A stretch of DNA of 64,000 bases from Malacoraja senta (taxonomy: Eukaryota), in NCBI GenBank assembly GCA_038087875.1, contig CM075988.1, positions 19,780,001-19,844,000 of the forward strand. Direction: 5' to 3'. The notes under the pieces are model-generated. The model searched no databases. It worked only from the letters and a program-made list of their open reading frames with translations, and was not told where the DNA came from. Positions 51,051 to 64,000 of this stretch are shown here, piece by piece. The translations under genes were made by a program, and so were the position numbers. Within the stretch, counting starts at the first letter, position 1. The number at the start of each line of letters is the position of its first letter.

Positions 51051-53065
51051 TTCTGCTCTCCATCTTCTAGTGTGGAGACCAGAGCCATGCACCATTTCAT
51101 AAGTGCGGTCTTATCAATATTTTGTATCACTGCAACATGCTGTTCCAACTCATACTCAATTCCCCAGTGTATGAAGGCAAGCATACCAAACGCCTCTACA
51201 CCACTGGATTCATCTGTGGAGTGGCCGGGTCGAAGACGAGACGGGGGGGGGGGGAAGGAGGTGAGACGGGGGGGAAGAGGTGAGGAGGGAGCGGAGGTGA
51301 GGAGGTGGGGTGTAGAGGAGGCGAGGTGGTGGGGAGGAGGCAGGTGGAGGAGGCAGGGAGGAGAAGGCAAGATGATGGGATTAGAAAACACATAACAACT
51401 GAGGAAGATGCCTTTGGAGCAGAGAGAGAGAAAAAAATCTGATAATTATGGGTAAATCAAGCCTCTATTAAAAGTGAGGAACTTCAGGTTATTGATGTTA
51501 GCAAAGAAAATAAATAATTGGATTAAGAGGCAAAAAATCTATTGACCTTTCAGAATTTATCCTGTAATTCTCAGGCAGAAAGCTGCAGAGATAATGGTGC
51601 ACTGGTTCCAGGATGGTCTCTGCTGTGTGAGAGAGGAGGGAGAGCATGCACAACTCTGTGCTAATTATCTTGGCATCAGCTGTCAGTGACATGCTGGAAC
51701 CATTTTACAGGCCATGATAATGGGCACATATAAAAGCAGGCAGAGTCAACACTGTTTTATGAAAACATATTCATAGAGTTTTCAATGGGCTAACAATAGG
51801 GTGGTGATGTAGGAATTGATTTTACTAGGTTTTCAGAAGACATTTGAATTAATAAGCACTAAAAACATAAATAGTAACAAAATGGCAAAGGTGTGCAGCT
51901 GGTCAGGCAGCAGCAGAGGAGATAATATTTTTCATTATTTAATAACAATAATAATAATGACCGTGAATCAGGAATTGAAAAAGTTAAAAATAAAACAAAG
52001 TTATAAGTTCCATAAATTAATGGAACGGAGAACAAAAAGCAGGGTCCGTGGTCCAGTGGTGATCAGGTTGGGTCAGGGTGTGACGTAATGGAGAGAAATA
52101 CCAGAGATTCACTGCTGCCAGTGGACCATGTGCCAGGGCTTGGTTTGATCTTCACATACCCCTTTGGCTCAGTCAGCCAAAGACCATGCAGTGGCACTGA
52201 AGGTGGCATGATTCCTCATCGATGTCCGTCTTCACTCAGCAGTGGCTCCCAGGCAGTCCAGGCTTAACAGGGTCTCATTTTGAACGTACATTGTCAAGAA
52301 GGTGTGTTACACTGTGAGGGCAAGTTAAGTTTAGATTAATTATTGTTATATATACCGAGGTACAGTGAAAAGATTTGTTTTTCATGCTATTCAAATAAAT
52401 CAGGTATGCCGAATGTAGATACAATCAGTTCAAACTCAAGTATAATGGATAGAGCAAAGGGGCAGATACAGAATGCAGAATATAGTTATCAGCATTGTAG
52501 CACATCAGTTCTATAGACAAAGTCCAATATCCTTGATGGGGTAGAGGTGAATCAGACAGTACACTAGCTTATGGTAGGACCATTCAGAAACCTGTTAACA
52601 GAGGTGAAGAAGGTGTTCCTGAGTCTGGAGGTGAGCTCTTTCAAACTTCTGTAGCTCCTGCCAGACCGGAGAATGAATAACCTGGATGGGACAAGTCTTT
52701 GATTAAGTTGGCTGCTTTTCCGAGGCAGCATGAAGTGTCTATGGAGTCAACGGTGGGGAATCTGGTCTTTGTAATAAAGCATCACTTTCATATGTAGCTG
52801 TGTATAATATGCTGAGTCATGGAATTCTCTATGGATAGATAATTTTTTTTGAACATTTGGAAAAATGAGGGCAATCGTCAACTGGTGCAGAAGAAGTGTT
52901 GAGGCCTGGGGCAGATATTAAATGGGAGAAGAGGCTTGACGGGCCAGGTGGTCTTCTCCTGTTCCTAGTTTCTACAGTCCTTGTCGTCATATCAAGCCTT
53001 TTCACCCAGAGTGATTAATGGAAGCATCCCATGCAAAACCGTTAATGCACAGTAGGGCATTCCAT

Positions 53066-53119
53066 GGGGTGGGAGATTGCAACCTTCACGTGGTCCACCC
53101 TGTTTCGACTAATGCAATC
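53066..53119 (+). ncRNA. Minimal HDV-like self-cleaving ribozyme (predicted)
   Basis: P1 GGGGUGG/CCACCCU, P2 GAUUGCA/UGCAAUC, P3 ACC/GGU, L3 UUCACGU, minimal P4 U-UUCG-A, J4/2 CUAA. G1 is the first base after the TSD. Confidence 0.85.
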
Positions 53120-53203
53120 AACCCGACGTGCACAAACAAATAGATCAAATAGAACAAGTTGACCTCCAACTTTAGGCTGTGCACGCCATATGCAAGAAGA
53201 AGA
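53066..53203 (+). mobile_element. 138-bp non-autonomous retroposon, probably Ingi/Vingi-related
   Basis: Perfect 12-bp TSD AGGGCATTCCAT (53054-53065, 53204-53215), (AAG)n tail, no pol III boxes. 5' end resembles the ingi/L1Tc Pr77 signature. Confidence 0.85.
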
Positions 53204-56200
53204 AGGGCATTCCATTATGGCAATGGGAACGCAGCCAAGGATTTTTTCATCTCCAAGTTTTGAACAGAAAAGTTCATAAATGATTTGTAGCATCACGATA
53301 ATTCCCACTGTTGTCCGTGGATGTGTGGGAAGGATTCTTTGATCTAAATAAAATCACCTGTTCTTTTCTGACTCTATTTTAGATTCACCAAAATCGCACG
53401 CTTGCTGTTTTTAAGGAGGATAGATGTGCATCTTGCTGAACAAGCGGGAAGTCAGACGTTGAATTATGACTCTTGAAAACATTAAGGATTCATCAACTTG
53501 TTCTGAAAACCCTTTCCCTGGCTGTTTGAACCGGTAAACGCATTTACAAGTCACACAGCCTCTCCAACCCACACCAAGAACAGAGGAAAACTGCTCAGAA
53601 ATGTATGCACAGTCAGCAGCCTTGAACAAGGTGTGTTTCAGCAACGTTGCATTGAACTCTGAAATTCATTCCCTTGACTTTAAAGGGAAGGATTTTGGAG
53701 ACAGATGATAACATGTGGGCAACAGGTAGTGCTGCTGCCTCACAGCTTTTTCAACTTGGGTTCCATCCTGTCTGTGTGGAGTTTGCATGCTTAGTTTAAC
53801 GGCATTATGTTGGGCATGGACACGATGGGCCAAAGGGCCTGTTCCTGTGCTGTACTGTTCTATATTACCTGAAACATGTGAAAATACAGTTGCAGCAAGG
53901 CTGTGAGGTGTTTTATGAGACACCTTGCTGTTGATTCCTGAACAGGTGCAGTGTTTCACTCCTACACTGTCCCATATGCTATTGATTACTACCTTCCTTG
54001 GATATTCCCAAGAAAGCTGAAGCAAAGAGCAGAATAACATGGACTCAGCAACATACATTTAGCAGTTCTAACCGCTTCCAATCAGCTGGTTACCATGGTT
54101 ATGCTTCTCCCTGGAATTCAATGCTCCTTCCTAAACAAGTGGACAAGATGAAATATTTCAGAGCATCACCGACATATCTGAACAACTCTCACAATTTCCA
54201 TCACCTCTGGACCTTGACAATGCCCCTTGGCTTAACTCCATCCATTGCTGACAATCCGTCTTGCAAGGCAAGTTTCATATAACTCATTGTGTGTAGCTCC
54301 CAGGACTCTAAGGTACAGGGACAGTGGAAGAATACAGGTTGTTAAAGGAGCAAAAGAAGATGAAGCGTAGACACAAGGAACTGCAGATGCCAGATTGCAA
54401 AAAAAGACATAAAGTGCTGGAGTAACTCAGCATGTGCTGGAGTAACTCAGTTATAAGACTGATAAACGGACTTTGTCCCCTGCCAAAGTATCGTGCACCA
54501 ACCACCAACCTGGACACACTGCAGCAGAGCCACTGTCGTGCCGCTGCCGATCGGAACGCATGTTGATGTTTAGTAGAGTAGAGTGTTAATTTGTTCATGA
54601 CATATGTATTTTTACTTCTATTTATTTTTTACTGCACACTGAAATGGACACTGGTTGAGGAACGTTTTTTTGTTTCCTCTGGGTATGCGAATACTCAGGA
54701 AATGACAATAAAGATATACAATACAATGTCACGCAGCGTCTGTAGAAAAGATGGACAGGTGACGTTTCTGGTTGGGACCCATGTTTAGAAAGGAGGAAGT
54801 TCACTACTATCTCCATGACATTGACTGACTCAACCACTGAGCTGTAAACTGACTCAAAACTTCATTCTCTCTAATCTTGACCACTGCTGTCCAATCCTAG
54901 CACTCTGATCTCTGACAAACTGAGATCATTTAAATGTGCTATTCAACTCTCCAGATCTCCTGTAGGGTGGCACAACGGGGCAGCTGTTTGGGCTGCTGCT
55001 GCACAGCCACAGAGATAATGTTCTGTACTGTAAATGTGGAGTTTGCACGGTCTCCAATGTTCTGTATATGTGGAGTTTACATATTCTCCCTGTGGCTGCA
55101 TGGATTTCCTCCAGGAGCTCCGGTTTCCTCCCACATCCCAAAGACATGCGGGTTTGTAGGTTAACTGATCTCTGTAAATTGCCTCCAGTGTGTAGGGAGT
55201 GGATATGGAAGTGGAATAACATAGAACTAGTGTGAACAGAAAAAAAATAGTCACTGTACCTCTGTACACGTGATAATAAAGAACCGATTGGGTGATTGAC
55301 GGTTGCCATGGATTGTGTGGGCCGAAGGGTCTCTTGGCATGCTATCTTTCAATCGATCAAACTAGCACTGAATTCCACTACCCATCACCTCTGACCCATG
55401 TGGACTCCTGGTTAGGTAAGTTTAAAGCTTGCATCCTTGATTAGCAACCACTCCATGATCTCACCCCACCCCCTCTCTCTCCAAACTGCTTCAATCTTAC
55501 AACATTGCAAGATCTCTGTGCTCCTCTATTTCTGGCCTCTGAATCATCCATAAGCTTAAATCGTTCCACCATTGATTGGTAGGCATGTCTCCAGCTGCCT
55601 GGCTCCCCGGTTCCTAAATCTTCTGCGAAAACCTCTTCACCTTTATTAATGGATGAAGAAGCTCCGTAATAAATCTTACCTCTGACCAGACTTCTAGTCA
55701 AATCTCACATGAGTCAGAATCAAGTAGTGTTTATTCATACTCAGGCAAACCAATAGGGAATATCTTTTACTATATTAAGGTGGCACGGTGGTAGAGTTGC
55801 TGCCATCGCAACAGTGACCCGGGTTCGATCCCGAATGCAGGTGCTGTCTGTACGGAGTTTAGACAATCTCCCTGTAACAGCAAGGGTTTGCTCCGGACGC
55901 TCTGGTTTCCACCTACGTTCTAAAGCTGTGTAGGTTAATTGGCTTCTGTAAATTGTCCCTCGTGCGTGGAATAGAACCAGTGTATGGATGATCGTGGTTG
56001 GTGTGGACTCAATGGGCCGAAGGGCCTATTCCCATGCAGTGTCTCTGAACAAAACGAAGGTGCGAAAAAAATGCAAATCATAGTTGTTGCTGTCTGTTCA
56101 GTGAAAGAGATCCAAGGCACAAAGTGAAAGGTATAACTTAACCATTGGCATCTTTACCCCATCCTGTTTAATGCAGTTGTTAATTGAAGACAATAATAAA

Positions 56201-56721
56201 CTAATCTTGTAAGCAGGAGGAATATATACAACATTTCCAGTTGGTGTTTTTCTTTAATTTATAATGGTTCCATACTAAGCTGCTGCAACAATTCAAACAC
56301 TATTTTTGAGGGTGATTTAGATTTATGGCATAAGGATATTAAGACCATCTAACATAACCTTATTCTGTTCTAAGAACCAAACCTTATAGGACGTGTCTTT
56401 ATAATAAATGGCCTTGCGCTTGGAGTGGTATCAGTCTTAGGTTCAACTCAAGTGACAGGAGAAAGTATCAGACGCAAGAAGAAGGGACACCTTCAGGCTC
56501 TGCAAAGAAGCAAGGCGACTTCCCCTACCAGGGAACTCACACTCCCCCCACAATCTGACCTCCAAACCCCTGACCTAAATGTAAGCTGACAGCTACCCAC
56601 TGCTACTTAAAGACCCAGGCACAACTGTGTGTTACAATGTTGGCTTTTGGATGGTTAGTAAGTGAAAGGGAATGCAATTTTTTGGCCCCCAATCACACAA
56701 CACTCTAGAGTACTGAGGGGT

Positions 56722-57015
56722 TTTAGTTTTAGAGATACAGTGCGGTAACAGGCCCTTTGGCCCATCGTATCTGCGCCAGCCAGCGATCCCTGCACACATA
56801 CTATTCTACACACACTGGGGATAATCTACAATTATACCAAGCCAATTAACCTATACACCTTTGGGGTGTGGGAGGAAACCGGAGATCCTGGAGAAAACCT
56901 ACGCAGGTCACTGGGAGAACGTAAAACTCTGTATAGACAAGCACCTGTAGTCAGGATCGATCCCGGCTCTCTGGCGCTGTAAGGCAGCAACTCTAATGCT
57001 GTGCCACGATGCCGC
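56722..57015 (-). mobile_element. HE1/V-type tRNA SINE
   Basis: Same architecture as 31626-31952. Confidence 0.87.
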
Positions 57016-57373
57016 CCATTGGCCGCCTGTTACATTGGCTGAGGAGGGAAGGCAGAGAAGATGCACCTGATTGTTACTATGCACGAGATAAGGAAGAAAG
57101 ATCACAATAAACTTGATTTCACCCAAATGTATTAGATAGATTGGTGATTTGAATCACGATTCTGGGACTGTGAATACAATATCAGTAATTTGGAGAAACT
57201 CTCAACACAGAGTTTGGAAAAGTCGGAAAGTAAAAAACTAGTATTTCTTCATAAAAAGCAATAGAAGTTGGCTCAATATATTATTCGATATTCAAGATTA
57301 ATGACACTGAGGTCGCCAAAGGCTTGAAGGGAAATGGAAAGGAGCCAAGGAAGTCAAGAGTGTTTCATTGTTA

Positions 57374-57620
57374 GACACAAACTGCTGGAGTAACTCAGCG
57401 GGACAGGCAGCATCTCTGGAGAGAAGGAATAGGTGATGTTTCGGGTCAAGATCCTTCTTCACTGAAGAAGCGTCTCGACCCAAAACGTGTCTGAAGAAGG
57501 GTCTCGATACGAGACGTCTCCCATTCCTTCTCTCCAGAGATGCTACCTGTTCCACTGAGTTACTCCAGCATTTTGTGTCTTTCTTTGGTTTGAACCAGCA
57601 TCTGCAGTTCCTTCATACAC
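57374..57620. mobile_element. Palindromic Penelope pLTR insertion with tandem hammerhead-like cores
   Basis: Inverted arms; 14-bp duplication GTGTT(T/C)CATTGTTA at 57360-57373 and 57621-57634; CTGAAGA at 57462 and 57491. Confidence 0.82.
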
Positions 57621-60600
57621 GTGTTCCATTGTTAAGTACACCAACAACAAGACAATGAAATTCTAACTTGCTGCAGCTTTTCCAGCCTGCAAACGCAATA
57701 ACACAGATAAATATTTAATGATCAACAATGTAATAAATTAATAATCAATAATACTGGGTACCCATGATAGTTTAAAACCGAAGTCCATAGTGCAACCAAA
57801 AACAAAGATCTATAGACGATCATAGTTGCTAAGGTTAGTGTTGTGCAGTGTTCCAGAGCCTGATGGGAACAAGTTGTTCTTGAACTGAGTGGTCATGGTT
57901 TACATGGTACCTTCTTCCCAATGATAATAGCGAGATGAGTTACTGGCATCTCATCATTTTAACAATTATGTCAGTTTATTTGAACAGTTGTTCAAATGTC
58001 TCTGCTTATCAAAGTTTCAAGGAAGACATGCGGTAGCAATGGCTCACAGATCATTCCCACTGTCTGTGTACCGGTCAGCCTGTAGTTCAGTGGGTTCTAA
58101 TGAGGTACCGTGCAAAGGAGACCCCATCAATCTGTGAGGCATTGGCCAGATGGTTTCCCACTTACTCAACTCTCCATTCATCATGCCAGGTGGTAACAAT
58201 GTGGGAGTTTTCAGAAACTCAGGACATCAAATTCCAGAATCTTAGAGCAATGAGCTGGGCGTCCTGAATCCAACATCCTGCCAGAACCAAACTAACCCTG
58301 TGTACTCAAGAGTTATCCTGGGCAAAGTTGGCTATGAGCAATGATCAGGTCTTAGGTGACAAATCCAAAGATCCCCACGTCCTCTTCAACCATCCTTATG
58401 GCTTAATTCCTTACTGCCGTCAAATGGCTTTGAAACTGTAATCGGAGACATTTTAAAAAACTGTTCAAATAAACCTAATTTTTTAAAACATTATAAGTAG
58501 ATGGTGTCAGTTTAATGATAGAGGCCGGTACCATAACAACATTTAAAAGACATTTGTACAGGTACATGGATAGGAAAGGTTTAGAGGCCCAGAGACATGG
58601 GCCAGACAAGTGGGACTCGCTAATTCGGTAACTTGGTCGGCATGGATGAGTTGGGCCGAAGGGCCTGGTTCCATGCTGTATAGCTCTGTGGCTCTCAGTA
58701 GAGTGTGCTAGTTGAAGATAAGCTAAAAAGCAAAACACTAAAGGCTGGTGGTTCCCCACCCATGGAACAGCTAAAGGGAAGGTATAATCCAGTGGATGGA
58801 TTTCATTTATTAACAAGAAAACATTTCTACTTTCCTGATGCATCTGCCCAGCTGTGGGTGAGGCTCATGACATTTAATTACAAAGAAGTCCCAAAGAATT
58901 TATATAAGTTTTCAATAACTTGCAGTTATTGGTTTTCTCACAACTACAGGCGAACCATCTTACAAATATTCTCAAGAGTAAAGAGTAAAGAGTGTTTAAT
59001 TGTCATATGTATCAATAATTAAACAATGAACTTCTTATTCGTTGCAGCTTAATAGACCTGCAAATGCAATAATACATAGATCAATAAAATCACACAGAGA
59101 TAAATCTATAATAATCAATAATACAACAAATTAATAACCATAATACTAGGAAATTATAAAAGTATAAAATCGTGCAACCACAGACACAATCTAGAGAAGA
59201 TCATAGTTGCTGAGGTCAGTGTTGTGCAATGTTCAAGAGCCAAGAGATACTTGAAGCAAAACTTTAAAAATCTTTGCCCATCCATAACATATGCATCAGC
59301 CAAGCACATTAAAAAAATTGGATTTGAAAAAAACATCCCTCTCCTTTTCAGAATGAAAAATAACATACAAAATTCTAGTTCTAATGGAAGGCTGCCAACG
59401 AGAAGCATTTACACTCCTCACGGGTGCTACTGGGTATTTTCAGCATCCTCTGTTTTTGATTCTAAACTCAAGATTGAAATTACAGGAGTGCGAAATTATA
59501 ATATCAGTGCTTTATTTCATTAAGCGCAAGAAAAGTAATCTGTAACTCTAGTCACCCAAAGCTTGAAGCCATATGACCCAACAAAGGCATACATTAAATA
59601 ACAAGTTTAATTAGTAATCAAAAATATAGTTTCCTTTTCCCAAATGAATACAAAATACACCCCTAGAGTCCTCAGGCAGTAGCACATAATAAGTTCATAT
59701 CCAGTTATAATTATGTGCTCCATTGGAACCAATTACCTGAGAGTTTGTGTATTAATGGAAGCTAATGTTCATTTAAAAACAATTCTGAACCCACAGTAAT
59801 GGTATGTGGGCCATATACAGTGGTAATTACAGTTCTGGAAATACTTAACTAAATTTGCACAGCAATTCAGTTTAGACTGAACCGTTTTAGCTTTTTATTT
59901 CTTTATATAATTTTCCATTATTCAGCACAAACAATTTGTAATATTTGTAAAGGAGAGACAAGAGGGTTTGTGGACATTTGGCCAGGACTTGGTCGATATT
60001 TTTCCAGTCTCTGGAGCCACCTAGGGGAATGTTTAACAGTGCCATCAGCTTCAGCTGCAATGTGTTGGAGGATTAATTTGTGCAGCTCACTTTAAAGCCT
60101 GTATCTTGCTGAGTTAGGAAAAGCTTCCTACACTGAGCACAGATCTACACCCTAGCTGAAGTTTTGGTGGGTTACTGCAGCTGGTGAATAGTACACACAA
60201 CCATTCAGCCTATACTCTCCATATTAACCAGTGACACCATTTGTATTAATTCCAACCTCAAAGTGCAGAATGATATTTTATTCTCCTGAAGGTGATATAT
60301 AAAACATTATATTATGCCACAGCTTTCTGAACAATGCACATAGTATTGGGTTTGAGTACAATAACTTTTTTGTCAAAGAATAGCAACGTTTCATTTCTTT
60401 CTGAGACACGAGACTGCAGATGCTGTGCTCTGAAGCATAAAACAAGCTGCTGGTGGAACTCAGTGGTTCAAGTAGCATCTGTGGAGGGAATGGGATAGAC
60501 AAGGTTTTGGCTCAGGGCCCTGTATTAGTTTAGTAACTGACAAAGGTGATAACTCCTAGAAAAGTTGATCAATTGCACTTTGCAGTCTGCCTTCCATCCA

Positions 60601-62739
60601 CAATAGATAAACAAACTTAAAATTGCTCATAGGCTCTTCACCTCTTTGCATTACAGTTTCTTTATGCCAACATTTATAACGAAAATTGCAGATGTGACTA
60701 CAATTGCATCTTCCACCAATAGTATTCACAGTGCATAGGTGTCTCCAATCTAAATGCAGACAGATGAACTTTGGATGAAAATAAAAAGATGCAAGAAAAT
60801 ATAAAAGACGAGAGGTCATAGCTTTAAGTTCAGAGGGAGGTTTGAAAATGATGTGTGGGCCAAGTTTATTACACAGAGAGTGGTGGGTGCCTGGAACACG
60901 CTGCCAGGGGTGGTGGTGCAGGCCCTATATATAGTGGCAATATAGTGGTGGAGGCCCTATATATAGTGGCGATATAGTGGCTTGTAGGTAGGCACATGGA
61001 TATGCAGGGAATGGAGGGATATGGATCGTGTGCAGGCAGAGGAGATTAGTTTAATTTGGCATCCGTGTTTGGCATAGACATTGTGGGCAATAGGGCATGT
61101 TCTTGTGCTGTATTGTTCTATGTAGATGGTAGATGCTTAGCATGCTTATAAAATGGGACAAATGCTTTTGCTCTTGGTCCAACTACATCCACTTTTTCAA
61201 CTTCCAATAAAGACGACTACATTTGATCTTGACTCCGCAAATGAAGCACCATAGGAAATCAAGGGCAAAGGTTACATATGCTCCCACCTTGGTGATAATC
61301 ACCATTCTGAGGCACACTCACACCTGCAGATCTGCCCTAATGCCACGAGAGGGAGTATCACATGCTGAGAGTTTCCTGCCCATCATTGCACCAACACACT
61401 CCAGGGGTTGACCAATGCCACTGCCGGCAGCAGTCCACGCAAAACATAGCCCACAAACTTGGTCACTCTTTCGCATGTCATTCTCTTGTCATAAACACAA
61501 ACCTGCACACACACAACCTTCTGCGTTTTATCCACTGTTCAAATATTATCCCTATAAAACTTTGCATTTGGTCTTCTTCCTCTTTCTATTTGAAGATAGG
61601 ATTGAACATACCAGGTGGAAGAAAAAAATTCCCCTCTTGAGCTGTGTTGACTAAGCAGCACTGATACATCGTGGAGGACTAGATATGCTGTCCATGTTTT
61701 ATCTGCACATTGTAAATTCAGTGTGCAGTCTCAGATCTTGGCAAGACCAACTGTCCTGGCATTTGACAGAATCGGAGACCTTCAAGCAAAAACTAAAAAA
61801 GTTAAATACAACTCAGTGATTAATCCAAAACATATTTTTTTAAATATGTCTCTGGACAAAGACCAGAGATGAAAAGACAGGTGAAAGCCCGAAAGGACAG
61901 TTTTTTTCCAGCTTCTATCAGGCAACGGGACCATCCTCTCGCACCTAGAATATGGTCCTGACCTCCCATCTACCTCATTGGAGATCTTTGAACTATCTTT
62001 AATCGGACTTTATCCTGCACCAAATGTTGTACCCTTTATCCTGACATGTGCACGGTGGACGGCTCAATTGTAACCATGTGTAGTCTTTTCTTTGACTGGA
62101 TAGCATGCAAACAAAAGATTTTCACTGCACCTTGGCACAGGTGACAATAATAAACTGAACTAAAATACAAAAAAAAGTTTGGAAGTTCAAGGTAATGTTT
62201 TAAGTAAAAACAAAATGACATCTTTTTTTTTAAATGATGGACATCTAAAAATAAATGACAAAGAGGGAGAAGGTAGAATAAATGACCAAATTCACCAAAT
62301 AATAGGAGCTGCCACTAAGATGAAGAATACAGCTCAAGAAAATGTAGGTTAAGACAGACTGAGAAGTTAATAATGGAAAATGGAGAAAAAGTAGAGAATT
62401 CAAAATAATTATTTAGAATTAGACTTCATGTAGGAGATACTAAAAACAATCCAATGCTAACAGATAATCGAGGGGTCATAGCGTGATACAGTGTGGAAAC
62501 AGACCCTTCAGCCCAACCTGTCAGACATGTCTCAGCTACATTAGTCTCACCTGCCTGCCTTTGACCCATATCCCTCCAAACCTGTCCTATCCATGTAAGG
62601 ATATCCATGTAAGGTTTAAGGAGAAAGAAACTCAAACAAATACAGCCAAAGCAAAAAAGAGGCTCAATTGGGCAATTATAAAGATAGGTTAGTAAGTTTG
62701 ATGAAGACATTTGAAATGAAGATAGGTTGAAGTACACAA

Positions 62740-63640
62740 AAATTGATGGATTTGCAGACAGTGAAGAAGGCAGTCAAAGGATATACAGCAGGTCAATTAC
62801 CATTACGGGCAGAGAAATGGCAGATGAAGTTTAATCTAGGCAAGTGTGAGGTGGAGCACTTTGCGTGGTCAAATGCAAATCAGTGGAATAACCCTTAGAT
62901 GTATAGAGGGTCCAAGTCCATAACTCCCACAAGTAGCAATATGAGTGGATAGAGTGGGAAAAAAGATGCAGCATATGCTTGCCTTCATCTGGTGGGGAAA
63001 GAGTTTAAGAATCAGCAAGTCATTTTGAAACTTTATGGAACATTGGTTAGGCTGTATTTGGAGTGCAATTCTGTTTGCCCCATGATAGGAAGGATATGGA
63101 GGCTTTGGGGAAGGTGCAGAAGAGTTTTATCAGAATGCTGTCTGGATTAGATGGTAATAGCTATGAGAAGTTGGACAAACTTGTGTTATTTCCTCGTGGA
63201 GTGTCTCAGGCTGAGGGGAGAATGGGAAGTAGTTTATAAAATTGTGAGAGGAATAGAGGTATAGGGTAGACAGTCAGAACTTTTATCGCAGGATGGAAAT
63301 GTCAAATACTAGAAGGTTATAAGATTATGAGGTGTGAGGAATAAAGGAGATGTGCACGGGAATAGTGATGGGAATGTGCATCCAAGGGTGGCAGTGGAAA
63401 CAGATATGATAGTGGCGTTTAAGAATATTTAGATAAGCACACGGATATGCAAGAAATGGAGGGATATAGATTGCATACATGCCGAAGGGATTAGTTTAAT
63501 TTGACATTGTGTTTGGCATAGACACTGTGAGCCAAAAAGGATATGGTCCAAATGCAGACAAATGGGGCTAGCCCAATATGCCAACATGCTTCACATGAGC
63601 AAGGTGGGCCGAAGGGCCTGCTCTGTGCTGAACAGTTCTG
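62740..63640 (+). mobile_element. Degraded CR1 LINE fragment(s)
   Basis: FAD, WQMKFN..KCEV.HF, KVQKSFIRML remnants. Shorter CR1 3' ends also at 1-138, 165-410, 2255-2430, 25790-26095, 49585-50000, 58515-58695, 60815-61120, 62478-62600. Confidence 0.8.
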
Positions 63641-64000
63641 GCTGCATTTGAACATGTTCATAATTGACTGGAAAGCAAGCCGATGCTATAAACAACGCAA
63701 GGGGAATGTAAATCGTTTTTTTCTTTCTTTCCATTGCATAAAAACCTCTCTCACTCTACACATACCCTTTCCATAAACATATAGGTCACACATTTAAAAA
63801 ATACAAGCACATATTACAGGAAAGCAAATCCAAACCTGTTGATTTCAGACAGCTAACGTTCAAATTCTGCCAATGTTTTAACTATCTGTGTAAATAAGAA
63901 TGTCACTGCCAGAATTCATAATTGACAATTTGGTAATAAACTGCCAACATCGAATGGACTGAATAAATTAATGATAAATGTATATTACAGGGAAATTATT

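Noticed and set aside
50129..51395. Several 100-270-aa Pro/Gly-rich ORFs
   Set aside because: Low-complexity GC-rich repeat DNA, open in many frames on both strands. The same applies to ORFs in 17153-18784, 21640-22005, 29057-29485 and 38609-39304.
60920..60981. Local duplication of GGCCCTATATATAGTGGC(A/G)ATATAGTGG
   Set aside because: Simple slippage duplication within a CR1 fragment.
1..64000. Host protein-coding exons, tRNA or rRNA genes
   Set aside because: None recognised; tRNA-like boxes all belong to SINE heads. Short exons cannot be excluded without alignment.

Overview
Repeat-dense, apparently non-coding vertebrate genomic DNA. The repeat content (CR1 LINEs, HE1/V-type tRNA SINEs, SacSINE/Deu-type SINE relics, Penelope fragments) suggests a cartilaginous fish such as a skate or ray; this is an inference. 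I found no host protein-coding exon. The largest feature is a structurally complete but point-mutated DIRS1-type tyrosine-recombinase retrotransposon (11904-16747) with gag, RT/RNaseH/methyltransferase, YR, inverted repeats, an ICR and ATT termini. It carries a candidate HIV-type -1 frameshift site joining gag to pol and a candidate in-frame splice route to the YR. The most striking small feature is a 138-bp TSD-flanked retroposon (53066-53203) whose first 54 nt fold into a complete minimal HDV-like ribozyme. Also present: Penelope pseudo-LTR fragments with minimal hammerhead cores, several of them palindromic TSD-flanked insertions; hAT and Harbinger MITEs; a Helitron-like 3' end with a 30-bp minisatellite; Tx1, Rex1 and Penelope RT relics; and a family of CpG-rich non-coding retroposons. 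All calls were made by eye with no database search, and the boundaries of degraded repeats are approximate.
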